64,000 bases of DNA, from IMG/VR virus record IMGVR_UViG_3300031455_000001, positions 64,001 to 128,000 of that record, one strand, 5' to 3'. This document shows, one piece after another, positions 38,936 through 48,100 of this stretch. Origin of the DNA: a virus. The first letter of the stretch is position 1. Each line of letters starts with the position of its first letter. Below the pieces are notes generated by a model. It did not search any database and was not told the origin of the DNA. It worked only from the letters and a program-made list of their open reading frames with translations. Position numbers and translations under genes: made by a program.

Positions 38936-39229
38936 CTATCCAACTAATTCAATAAGCTCATAATAATGTTCATTTTGTATTACATCATCAGCATCAACAG
39001 CATCAACAATATCCTCAGAAAACTCAAAGTGATATTTTTGACCATTATCTTCTACTTCATACGAAACAACCGAAAATTTAAACCATCTACCATGATCTTC
39101 ATTCCAATTAGAAACTTCCAGACAACCATTTAACAGGTTTTTAATATCATAATACTTACTGTCACCGACAGATCCTTCACCTAAGCGCTTTCTCAGATTA
39201 TCAACAACCGAATTGTTCATACATATCAC
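38936..39229 (-). CDS. Hypothetical protein
   Basis: ORF. Confidence 0.7.
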   Translation of the reverse strand: MICMNNSVVDNLRKRLGEGSVGDSKYYDIKNLLNGCLEVSNWNEDHGRWFKFSVVSYEVEDNGQKYHFEFSEDIVDAVDADDVIQNEHYYELIELVG

Positions 39230-39698
39230 CTATTCCGTCTTCTTCTGAAACAACCTCTACTTCATGACCGCAGTGCCTTATTCCATCAAAGAATCCCTCA
39301 ATATTTTCAGCAATCCTATCTAATTGTTGTTCACCCATTAAGACCAAACATTTGTTCTCGTCTAGTAAAGCAACGCACTCACCATTGCTAAAACTAACAA
39401 TATGGAACTTATAAGTTGTTTTATCATTATTTTTTATACTTGTTTGAGCAGATTTATCTAAGTTGATATTAACTGCCTGTTCTTGCTCATATTCACTAAG
39501 CAATTGAATCTCACCATCAACAAAAAACTCAGTATAGCCATTATCAAAACGAACAAAGTAATAACATTCTTCAATGCTCTCTACAAATCCTACTAAACCA
39601 TTAAACACAGCAATGTCATAGTGTTTCACATCTAAAACAATAACTCTTTCGCCTTTTCGAATAGCAGATTCTCTATTAGTCATTGCTTGCCCCTCCAT
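39201..39698 (-). CDS. Hypothetical protein
   Basis: ORF. Confidence 0.7.
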   Translation of the reverse strand: MEGQAMTNRESAIRKGERVIVLDVKHYDIAVFNGLVGFVESIEECYYFVRFDNGYTEFFVDGEIQLLSEYEQEQAVNINLDKSAQTSIKNNDKTTYKFHIVSFSNGECVALLDENKCLVLMGEQQLDRIAENIEGFFDGIRHCGHEVEVVSEEDGIGDMYEQFGC

Positions 39699-39879
39699 AT
39701 AACTGTTTAAGGATTTCTATAATTTCCTCTACACAATCCTTATGCCCCTTGAAGGCTCTTACATTTCCTAAGCCATCCTCCATCTTAAAACCTACAAGTT
39801 CTTCATTGTCTCCTAAGATACGAAGGCATCTGTCGCACATCTTCCTTAAATCCAAATTACTCATCATTATCCACCTCAA
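39676..39879 (-). CDS. CxxC...HxxC Zn-finger protein, tandem paralog 2
   Basis: Similar to 39857-40078. Confidence 0.7.
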   Translation of the reverse strand: MRWIMMSNLDLRKMCDRCLRILGDNEELVGFKMEDGLGNVRAFKGHKDCVEEIIEILKQLYGGASND

Positions 39880-40078
39880 AAGTATCCATCAACTTTTTAT
39901 TAAGCTCAAGCATACAATTCCTATGTCCTTTGAATGTGATCTCTTCACCATAATCGTCAATTATTTGAAACGCAAAAACCTCTTCGCCCTCTTTGATTAA
40001 ACCATAGCAACCACTACAAAGTTTTGACAAGTCGATTCCCATTTTTACCTCTCCCCTAACAAAATAAGGGAAAGGCAA
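39857..40078 (-). CDS. CxxC...HxxC Zn-finger protein, tandem paralog 1
   Basis: Similar to 39676-39879. Confidence 0.7.
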   Translation of the reverse strand: MPFPYFVRGEVKMGIDLSKLCSGCYGLIKEGEEVFAFQIIDDYGEEITFKGHRNCMLELNKKLMDTFEVDNDE

Positions 40079-40095
40079 AGCCTTAACCCTATAGT

Positions 40096-40893
40096 TTATT
40101 TATTTTCTTTTTTAGTTGATTTTTTAGCAGGAGCTTTTTTAGGTGTATCTTTCTTCTTAGCAGGAGTCTTAACTTCCTGTTTATCTTCTACAATTGTATT
40201 AGTGTCTGGTTTTTTAACAATTTCTTCTGCAACATTGCTCAACTTTTTACCAATATTTTGACCAGCTTTTTTAACATCTACATCATTATATTTAAGCATA
40301 TCTCCAGTAATACGATAAGAAGAAATCATACCAGACGCAAGTGTCATAGCTTTACTTGCACCGTCTTCTGTAGCTTTGAAGTCACCAGCAAATGCTCCGC
40401 TAATGCCATAACTTTCAGCAGTCTTTACAGCATCAATATTAGCACCTAAGAAGATAAATTGCCAATCATACTTCTCTGTCTGGTGTTTAACTTTCTCTTG
40501 AATAACTTTTTTATTGTATTCTTTAGATGAATTTTCTTCTCCATCAGTCATGATAACTACAACAACATTCTCTGGTTTGTCAGCTTCTGAAAATGTGTTT
40601 AAGCGTGATCCAAGACCATCCACCGCAACGCCAATAGCGTCAAGTAAAGCAGTTCCTCCATATGGAGTGTAGGTTTGACCATTAAGATCCTCAACTGTTT
40701 CAATATCTGCACTTTCATAAGTAGTTACAACACCTGAATCAAACAAAACCAAGGTTAGTCGTACTTCTCCTTCTTGCTTCTTTTGATCCTCAACAAAAGC
40801 ATTAAATCCTCCAATTGCATCCGATTTAATACCATTCATAGATCCGCTCTTATCTAACACAAAGACAATCTCGGTCAATCCTTTTTTCATCAT
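40096..40893 (-). CDS. vWA-domain protein
   Basis: MIDAS DKSGSM, GGTALLDAIG, MTDGEENSS; K/P/A-rich tail. Confidence 0.85.
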   Translation of the reverse strand: MMKKGLTEIVFVLDKSGSMNGIKSDAIGGFNAFVEDQKKQEGEVRLTLVLFDSGVVTTYESADIETVEDLNGQTYTPYGGTALLDAIGVAVDGLGSRLNTFSEADKPENVVVVIMTDGEENSSKEYNKKVIQEKVKHQTEKYDWQFIFLGANIDAVKTAESYGISGAFAGDFKATEDGASKAMTLASGMISSYRITGDMLKYNDVDVKKAGQNIGKKLSNVAEEIVKKPDTNTIVEDKQEVKTPAKKKDTPKKAPAKKSTKKENK

Positions 40894-41096
40894 TTAATCT
40901 CCTTTTTTCTCTCAACAACTTCTACAGATGTATATCCCACTTTGTGCAGGTTGCTCATTATGTACTCTAATTGCTCGAAAGTCCATCCGCTAATATCCAT
41001 TGCGTCTTGGATCTTTCTGCATGTAGCAATACTTTTATCATTCATATCAAACAAAAACTCACCTGTTTTAATCCTTAAAACCTTATCATTCATCAT
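40890..41096 (-). CDS. Hypothetical protein
   Basis: Coupled ORF. Confidence 0.65.
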   Translation of the reverse strand: MMNDKVLRIKTGEFLFDMNDKSIATCRKIQDAMDISGWTFEQLEYIMSNLHKVGYTSVEVVERKKEIK

Positions 41097-41394
41097 CTAA
41101 TCTCCTTTTTATCTCAGCATAGATTTCTTCATCATAAGCCTCTATCATCCCAGCCCCTAAAGAATTGTCTATACTAAACTTCAAAGACGAAAAATTACTG
41201 ATAAGATCAATACTGTTATGTGTATCGCACATCTTTAATGCAGAGTCAAACACATCTGATTTAAGCAATTCATACGTTTCTTGACTCATCACAAATACGG
41301 TGTCTTTTATATTCCCTAAATCCTTCACCCTAATAGCATCCATTTCGGTAGCTTGCAAACTCCAACATAACCATCTTTTGCTTTGAAGTTCCAA
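41086..41394 (-). CDS. Hypothetical protein
   Basis: Coupled ORF. Confidence 0.6.
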   Translation of the reverse strand: MELQSKRWLCWSLQATEMDAIRVKDLGNIKDTVFVMSQETYELLKSDVFDSALKMCDTHNSIDLISNFSSLKFSIDNSLGAGMIEAYDEEIYAEIKRRLDDE

Positions 41395-41494
41395 AATCCT
41401 AATATCTCATAACTCTTTACCACGGCATATGTGTAAAGGCTAACATAGCAAAATGCCAGATAGCCAAACACTAAAGATAAGGCTTCTATTAACA

Positions 41495-41749
41495 TTACGA
41501 TTTATCTTCTTCTAAAGATAATGCTTTGATTTTTGTTAGAGTGAGTTTTCGATAATCTGCATTGAATCTTTCTTGATATAAAGTCAATCCTTTTACTGGA
41601 GTGGCACTAGCTAAATCAAACTCAATTCTTCCAGTATCTTTATCAAATGAAACGTCAGAGATCTCAATGCCATTTGGTAAATTGAATAAGTTTTCAAGCT
41701 CTGCCAAATTTACTTGTAGTTTGCTTTTTGCGATCATAATTTCACTCAT
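41495..41749 (-). CDS. Hypothetical protein
   Basis: ORF. Confidence 0.65.
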   Translation of the reverse strand: MSEIMIAKSKLQVNLAELENLFNLPNGIEISDVSFDKDTGRIEFDLASATPVKGLTLYQERFNADYRKLTLTKIKALSLEEDKS

Positions 41750-41802
41750 CCTTTTATTTTTCTAATTTATATTAGAGGGCGGATAAGCCACCCTCATTTA
41801 TT

Positions 41803-42603
41803 TTACCAAGGCTCACAATCGCAATCATCATTTTGTAGCAGGCAGTCTTCACAGTTATCTGTTAAGTCTTCACCCTTTTCTTCATCTGACTCTGAAGAAT
41901 ATTTACCTAAGTCTTCTACTTCATCTGATTTACTATTATATGTTGCACCTGTTACGTAATTAAGCAATTCTTGAGGAGATACTTCTTGAAGCTCGTTATC
42001 TTTAATCATTGAATGATACTGGTCATAGCTCAACTCGACACGACTATAAGACTCTTCTTTAAGAAGTTGATGACCCATATATAAAACTTTAATCAAATCA
42101 ACTACTTCATTAGATTTGTCATTGCATGCATAGTAGTATTCATAAGATCCATCTTTATAAGATTTGACAATATTGACATTGAAGTTAGATTTTTCGTCTT
42201 CTTTTTTATCTTGTAATTGAAGAAGCTCAAAAATGTTGCCTCCATAAAAATCAACATAAACTCCTAGACTTGAGATTTCGTCAATGGCAATAAGTTCTCC
42301 AGCCTCAACTCTGTTGAACTTTTCGTCTAGCAAATGAACTTGTACATTTTTACCATCTTCTTGCAATACAAGTTCGTATTTATCATCACTAATTAATGAT
42401 TGAACTACATCGCGATCATAAACCATCTCGCCATTGATTTCTCCTAGTTCCACCAATACCGTTACAGTGTCTCGTTTTACAACATGATGTTTGCCATCAA
42501 AATCAACTAGAGTCACTGTATGTTTGATAAAGCTTACTTCAGCAATTTCACCCACTAAGTTTAATTCATGCGAATATCCTAATGCATCCTGTTTATTTAA
42601 CAT
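41803..42603 (-). CDS. Acidic protein, N-terminus weakly YopX-like
   Basis: GEMVYDRDVV...GNIFE pattern. Confidence 0.55.
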   Translation of the reverse strand: MLNKQDALGYSHELNLVGEIAEVSFIKHTVTLVDFDGKHHVVKRDTVTVLVELGEINGEMVYDRDVVQSLISDDKYELVLQEDGKNVQVHLLDEKFNRVEAGELIAIDEISSLGVYVDFYGGNIFELLQLQDKKEDEKSNFNVNIVKSYKDGSYEYYYACNDKSNEVVDLIKVLYMGHQLLKEESYSRVELSYDQYHSMIKDNELQEVSPQELLNYVTGATYNSKSDEVEDLGKYSSESDEEKGEDLTDNCEDCLLQNDDCDCEPW

Positions 42604-42712
42604 TATGTAATTCCTCCATTATAAGTTATGGCGTTTATCATGTTTTGTTCCTCTACGCCTAATTATAGTATATCATTATTTTTTGTATCTGTCAATTGCC
42701 TCTATTACATTA

Positions 42713-44977
42713 TTAAGATGTCTTTACATTAATCTTTTTATTATCTTCTACTGAATTGAATTTATTAAGCAGTTCATATAAGAAGCTTCTTCTCTCCATA
42801 TTGGCAAATTTCTTAATTGAATCATTAATTGTTTCTGCTTGACCCAATACGATCAGGTATTTCGTTGCACGTGAAACACCTGTGTAAATAAGATTGGCAT
42901 TAAGTTGATACGATGCTGATCTGTCTGTAATTGCAATGACAACTTTATACTGACTGCCCTGACATTTATGAATAGTCATTGCCCAAGAGTGCATGAGAGT
43001 TGTTAGCACTATCTCCCAATCAAGTCTTACGACTATCCCTTCATAATCGATAACCAAACATTTTTCTTCTGTATCAATATCAACGATCTTGCCATTATCT
43101 CCATTAAATAAATCAGCTTCTCCGCCATTTATCGTCTTAACACCATATGTGTTAGAGGTGTTCATAACTAAATCTCCAACTCGATATGTAATTTCGTTTT
43201 CTTTCTTGCCAAACTTTTTCTCTTTTTTTAATGAATTTTCTGGATTAACAATTGATTGAATGGTTTTATTCATCTCAACCGTTCCTAGTTTGCCTTTGTT
43301 CGTAGGAGTTAACAAAACTATATCATCTGAAGAGAATTTTTCTAAAAGCTTTTTATAGTAGTGGATATATCCATCACGTATATAATTTTGATTCACTAGA
43401 TGGAATAGGCAGTCATTTCCAATTCGTTTGCGACCTGTTTCATTATTATTTAGAAATACAACACCGTTACGAATGTCTGTTGCCACATTCAAGATGCCAC
43501 CTTTTTCTTGTCTGAATACTTTTTGTAATTGAGAAATTTTAATTACTCCACTACGGATGGAGTCGTACAGGAAGCTTCCAACACCAACGCTCGGTAATTG
43601 AAAATCATCTCCAACAAATAGAATCTTAGAATTATTGTTCTGAATCGCCTTAAACAACTTATCAAGAATAAAAACATCACACATAGATGATTCATCTACA
43701 ATGATAACGTCTTCATGAATATATTTAACTGCCCCTTCATCGTCATCATAAACACCAATTGCTCTATGGATTGTTTGTGCAGGGTGATTGGCATAATTTG
43801 CAAGAATTTTAGATGCCTTACCTGTTGGCGAAAGTAAAATAGTGGTTAAGCTTTTCTTTTTGATTAATTCAAGCAAAATTCTTATTAACCAAGATTTCCC
43901 CATTCCACCAGATCCTATTAATAATGAGATATTGTTCTCATTCCAATCATGGAAAAACTGTCTTTGTTTTTCTTCTAAGCTAACATTATTCTTTGCACAA
44001 TAATCATCTAGAAAAACATTTATACACTCCGTTTCAAATGTTTTCTTTGACTGCAATTTAAATTGAATCATCTTCATCGCTATTCCTTGCTCCGCAAGAT
44101 AAATATCGTCACGAGTAAACCTACCGTCAAGATTCATAATGCCTTTTGGGTTGCTGTTTAAAACTTCTTTTATATTATCTTTGCTTATAGCCAGCAAAGC
44201 AATACACCTGTTTAAAAGCTGTTTGTCACCCACCCAAGAATGACCATTTTTATTCTCTTCTCTAATGGCATAATGAATGCAACTAGTTATTCTGTGAGGC
44301 GACAACATATCATATCCGACCGCCTTAGCAATGGCGTCCGCTTTGAGAAACCCTATACCTTTAATTTCCGTTAATAAATAAGGATTCTGTTCGATCTTCT
44401 GGATTACTATTTGAGGACTTTTATATTCTTTAATAAGCTTCTTGATCATGTTATATTTTATCCCATATTTAGAAAGAAATATTAAAATCTCACTCATCTC
44501 TAGATTAGACAATACTTTATCTCGAAGTTTTTCAAACGTTTTTTCTCCAAGATTTTTAACTAAGCTATAATCGAACTCTCCCGATTCAATCATTCCTAAG
44601 ATATCTTGACCTTCTTTATATACTTCAAATATATTTTCTATCTGCTTTACAGTTAATATTGATTTCAAGAAGTCTTTTTGTTGTTCTACTGTAACTGGCT
44701 TATCTCTTCTGATTGAATCAACAATGTAACTTCCTTCATATTGAGAATTTTTATCAACAGATAGCTTTACAATCCACTCTTCGTTAAGATCCAACCTAGG
44801 CATACTGCCTTTAATTGATATATTTCCGTATTTATTTAATTTGATTTCAAATTCTGGATTAACCAAATCTTCTTCATTTACACTTGCTCCATATATACCA
44901 TATGCATCTTCGCTGTTGTAGAAAAGCTCTCTTGTCGCACTGACTCTGATTTCCAATTGCATCAACTCCTCTGTCAC
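42713..44977 (-). CDS. recD2: RecD2-like SF1B helicase
   Basis: HhH GIGFLKAD, GSGGMGKS, VDESSM, GDDFQLPSVG, TIHKCQGSQ, YTGVSRA. Confidence 0.9.
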   Translation of the reverse strand: MTEELMQLEIRVSATRELFYNSEDAYGIYGASVNEEDLVNPEFEIKLNKYGNISIKGSMPRLDLNEEWIVKLSVDKNSQYEGSYIVDSIRRDKPVTVEQQKDFLKSILTVKQIENIFEVYKEGQDILGMIESGEFDYSLVKNLGEKTFEKLRDKVLSNLEMSEILIFLSKYGIKYNMIKKLIKEYKSPQIVIQKIEQNPYLLTEIKGIGFLKADAIAKAVGYDMLSPHRITSCIHYAIREENKNGHSWVGDKQLLNRCIALLAISKDNIKEVLNSNPKGIMNLDGRFTRDDIYLAEQGIAMKMIQFKLQSKKTFETECINVFLDDYCAKNNVSLEEKQRQFFHDWNENNISLLIGSGGMGKSWLIRILLELIKKKSLTTILLSPTGKASKILANYANHPAQTIHRAIGVYDDDEGAVKYIHEDVIIVDESSMCDVFILDKLFKAIQNNNSKILFVGDDFQLPSVGVGSFLYDSIRSGVIKISQLQKVFRQEKGGILNVATDIRNGVVFLNNNETGRKRIGNDCLFHLVNQNYIRDGYIHYYKKLLEKFSSDDIVLLTPTNKGKLGTVEMNKTIQSIVNPENSLKKEKKFGKKENEITYRVGDLVMNTSNTYGVKTINGGEADLFNGDNGKIVDIDTEEKCLVIDYEGIVVRLDWEIVLTTLMHSWAMTIHKCQGSQYKVVIAITDRSASYQLNANLIYTGVSRATKYLIVLGQAETINDSIKKFANMERRSFLYELLNKFNSVEDNKKINVKTS

Positions 44978-45055
44978 CTTTAATATAGTATTATTATATC
45001 ATAATTTATTGTATCCGTCAAAATATCACACTATATAAAATTATTTTAAAAAATA

Positions 45056-45085
45056 GTCAACAAACAGGTTTTAAACACATATAGT
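45056..45085 (+). promoter_or_regulatory. sigma-E/sigma-K-like (mother-cell sporulation) promoter
   Basis: GTCAAC-16-CATATAGT; no sigma-A consensus seen on + strand here. Confidence 0.5.
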
Positions 45086-45100
45086 AAAACTAAGAACAGT

Positions 45101-45949
45101 TTGAAAGGGGTTTTAAAGATGCTTAAAACTGGAGTTATAGCGGTGGACGATGGTGGTTACTCAACTTGCGTAGTAACTAAGGATAGACAAGAGAAATTCC
45201 CATCAATAAAAGGTTCTTATGGGAATAGAACTTTGATCGATGCTAAAGGAAAGTATGATTACATTGTTGAATATGAAGGTGAAAAGTTTGTAATGGGCAC
45301 TCTTGCGCAGTACGATTGCAAGTTGCCGATACAGATGCATAGTGATTCGAAGCAGAATCTGTTCTTTGATTTATCCGTTCTTGTTGCTATTCATCAATTT
45401 GGCTTTTCAACTAACTATCTAGTAACATCTGTTCCTATCGCAATGCACAGTGAAGAGGAGAAGTTCGGCAGGATAGAAAGACTTGTTGGATCTCATACGA
45501 TCACAGTTAATGGATATAAAAAAACATTCACCATAATGGAGGCAAAAGTAGCGCCAGAAACCGCTGTTGCCTTTTGGATCGATGAACCAAGAGGTAAATC
45601 GCGTTACATTGATTTAGGATCAAGAACTATTGGGTATGCAACGACATTAAATGAAGATGATGTAACAAGATTTATTGACAGTGAATCTGGGACATTTAAA
45701 GGCAAGGGGTTGGAAGCTTTGAACGATGATTATGATCAAAATTCTTTAGCCGATTATATATGTGGTAGACTGCTTTCCATGTGGGGTTCTGGAGATAATG
45801 TATACATTATGGGTGGCGGAGCATTAGATAATGAACTTGTAGATTTCATTAAAGGTTATTTCTATAAAGCTAAAGTGATTGAAAATCCTCAAATGGCAAA
45901 TGCAATAGGTATGTATCTTTTGGGTCGAATCGCTTATGACATCTCTTAA
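45101..45949 (+). CDS. parM: Actin-like partition ATPase (ParM/StbA/Alp family)
   Basis: AVDDGG, APE, IDLGSRT, MGGGA; start probably ATG 45119. Confidence 0.85.
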   Translation: MKGVLKMLKTGVIAVDDGGYSTCVVTKDRQEKFPSIKGSYGNRTLIDAKGKYDYIVEYEGEKFVMGTLAQYDCKLPIQMHSDSKQNLFFDLSVLVAIHQFGFSTNYLVTSVPIAMHSEEEKFGRIERLVGSHTITVNGYKKTFTIMEAKVAPETAVAFWIDEPRGKSRYIDLGSRTIGYATTLNEDDVTRFIDSESGTFKGKGLEALNDDYDQNSLADYICGRLLSMWGSGDNVYIMGGGALDNELVDFIKGYFYKAKVIENPQMANAIGMYLLGRIAYDIS

Positions 45950-46229
45950 GAAAGGAGTAGGGATTATGAGAACAGAAGAAGAGGTTGATAAGTTAATTGA
46001 GGGAATGATCGATAGGACAAAAGGGAGGTACATCACTCAGGCTTGTGCATTCAATAAAACATGCCCTAGACAAATGGACTTACTGAAGAAGGCTTTAATG
46101 TCATCTGCCTCCTTCAGTGGCTTAACTAAAGAGATGTTAGCTGTTCAATTTAGTAGTTCAAGTTCCAATAACAGCATGATTATCCCATCATTTGATAGTG
46201 GAAAGAAAAATATTGGGAATTTTATTTAG
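45936..46229 (+). CDS. Putative ParR-like adaptor
   Basis: Small ORF overlapping the parM stop. Confidence 0.55.
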   Translation: MTSLKKGVGIMRTEEEVDKLIEGMIDRTKGRYITQACAFNKTCPRQMDLLKKALMSSASFSGLTKEMLAVQFSSSSSNNSMIIPSFDSGKKNIGNFI

Positions 46230-46495
46230 TTTTAGACATGTTTTAAACATATTAACAGTATATATAAATTATGAGAAAACTTTAAGAAAGGTTTAAAACA
46301 GTCGGCAAACCCTCAAAAACCAGTGATTCTTCATTAGAAAAGAAGCTAAGATAGCTAAATTTTAAGACAGGAAGTGTTCAAGAGGGTGTTCAAATTATAA
46401 TCTGAACACCCAAATCCCTGTTTTCCCCTTATATATCAACGTTTCTCCACACCTCTATTTTGCCGACTTTATACTTATAAAGGAGTGATAGCTAA

Positions 46496-46981
46496 ATGGC
46501 AAATTCAACTTTACAATTCAAAATTAATGATGGTCAATTGATTTTGCAAAATACAAAATGTATTATCGATGAGGTTAAATCTGCAACTTCATCATCAACA
46601 GCGTATATCTTTGACATACCATCTATAAAGAGGTCTATTAAGCAATCAACCAAAGGCAAGGCGATGTCTGTAGCACCATTTTTAGTTCTAGGTGTCGGTG
46701 CAGGAACAACAGATGGAGTTTTTTGGCAAGTATTTATGCAATATATCTTCCCGTGGCTCACTGACATAGCTAAGGTTTACTGTGCAATTAGAATAGCACA
46801 AGCGTTTTACCAAGAAAAAAGAGGTGGGCGTGATGAAGGAACAGGTTTCTCTGCCTTCGTGACGTATGGTAAATGGCTGTTACTTTTCCACATATTGCCA
46901 TTTGGTGTTGAGTTAATCGATCAGATAGGTGAGAAAATGTGGATTGATTTAAAGAATGACCACATAAATATCAGTCAATAA
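46496..46981 (+). CDS. Membrane protein, VirB2/TrbC pilin-like topology
   Basis: Two hydrophobic helices joined by a charged loop in the C-terminal half. Confidence 0.5.
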   Translation: MANSTLQFKINDGQLILQNTKCIIDEVKSATSSSTAYIFDIPSIKRSIKQSTKGKAMSVAPFLVLGVGAGTTDGVFWQVFMQYIFPWLTDIAKVYCAIRIAQAFYQEKRGGRDEGTGFSAFVTYGKWLLLFHILPFGVELIDQIGEKMWIDLKNDHINISQ

Positions 46982-47019
46982 TTTGAGTTGTCAATCCAAA
47001 AGTAAGGATGTGACATGAT

Positions 47020-47766
47020 ATGAAGGTTAAATTGAATGGAAATGATTTCTATGAAATTTCTGCTCCCTTTGGAGATGTGAGTAATATTCATCCCACAGGT
47101 CATACTGGAGTTGATTTAATTATGGAGGCAGGGACAAAATTATTCAGCCCTGTTGATGGAATTGTAGAGAGAATTGTAGATTATGGTAATGAGAATATAG
47201 GTAGAGGAATAATAATAAAAACAGATAGTGGTGAGAGCGTCATAATGGGTCATCTAAGCGACATTAAGGTCAATATAGGTCAGAGTATTAGTCAAGGTGA
47301 TTTCGTAGCTCTATCAGGCAATACGGGCTTCTCTACAGGAGATCATCTTCACCTTGGATTGAAGGATGAAAACGGAGGGTTCATTGACCCAGATTCACTA
47401 CTAGAAGTAGATCAGGAAATAAAGTTATTTGAGAAATTCTTGGAAAACGGTAAAATAAACCAATATTCCAATGACTCGTTAAAAGATAAAGGTATGTGGG
47501 AGTTTTTTAACGATTGGAGAAAAGAAGGATTTTTTGAAGCTATGTATGACAAACCTTTTTCTGAAGTTTTAAAGGATTTCTTTCTAGATTTGCTTTATGA
47601 AATCTCAATGTTCTTTTTGGCTCATGGTAATTTATTCTTGTTATTCCCAGCTATAGCTATCATGTTTTTAACTTTTCTCATAGGGCGAAATAAATACACT
47701 AAGTGGATTATACCTTTATGGTTCGGATACTTTGTAAGTACGGTTCTTTACAGAATATATGGATAG
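47020..47766 (+). CDS. M23 peptidase with C-terminal membrane anchor
   Basis: HTGVD, GHLS, STGDHLH; two C-terminal TM segments. Confidence 0.85.
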   Translation: MKVKLNGNDFYEISAPFGDVSNIHPTGHTGVDLIMEAGTKLFSPVDGIVERIVDYGNENIGRGIIIKTDSGESVIMGHLSDIKVNIGQSISQGDFVALSGNTGFSTGDHLHLGLKDENGGFIDPDSLLEVDQEIKLFEKFLENGKINQYSNDSLKDKGMWEFFNDWRKEGFFEAMYDKPFSEVLKDFFLDLLYEISMFFLAHGNLFLLFPAIAIMFLTFLIGRNKYTKWIIPLWFGYFVSTVLYRIYG

Positions 47767-47781
47767 GAGTGGGCATTACTA

Positions 47782-47865
47782 TTATTTTTTTATATTGCTC
47801 AATTTCAATACCTTAAAATTATTGAATGTCTTGCCAGTTAAATCATATTTTCTTTTTCTAGTCAT
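47782..47865 (-). pseudogene. N-terminal remnant of an HNH/AP2-type homing endonuclease
   Basis: MTRKRKYDLTGKTFNNFKV*; GGAGG RBS and sigma-A promoter at about 47888-47915. Confidence 0.55.
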
Positions 47866-47950
47866 TCTGCCACCTCCTATGTTTATATTATACTATAATT
47901 TATTGCATTTGTAAAATAAATATGTTAAATACGAAAGGGGATTATGAATT

Positions 47951-48100
47951 ATGGAGATGCTTCTTTTAGCTAAGGTTGGTCTTGTTATTGATGGTGTTGT
48001 AAAGTGCGGTTATCTGTTGGCGGGGAGCTACCTTGTTAGAACAGGTGTGAAATATGTTCAAGATTATAAACTATCTGTAGCCAACGAAAGAGGTGAGTAG
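47951..48100 (+). CDS. Small hydrophobic protein (49 aa)
   Basis: MEMLLLAKVGLVIDGVV...; coupled to the ATPase. Confidence 0.6.
   Translation: MEMLLLAKVGLVIDGVVKCGYLLAGSYLVRTGVKYVQDYKLSVANERGE

Noticed and set aside
42863-42878. Fifth parS (CGTTGCACGTGAAACA)
   Set aside because: One mismatch and it coincides with the conserved GVSRAT helicase motif, so coding constraint may explain it
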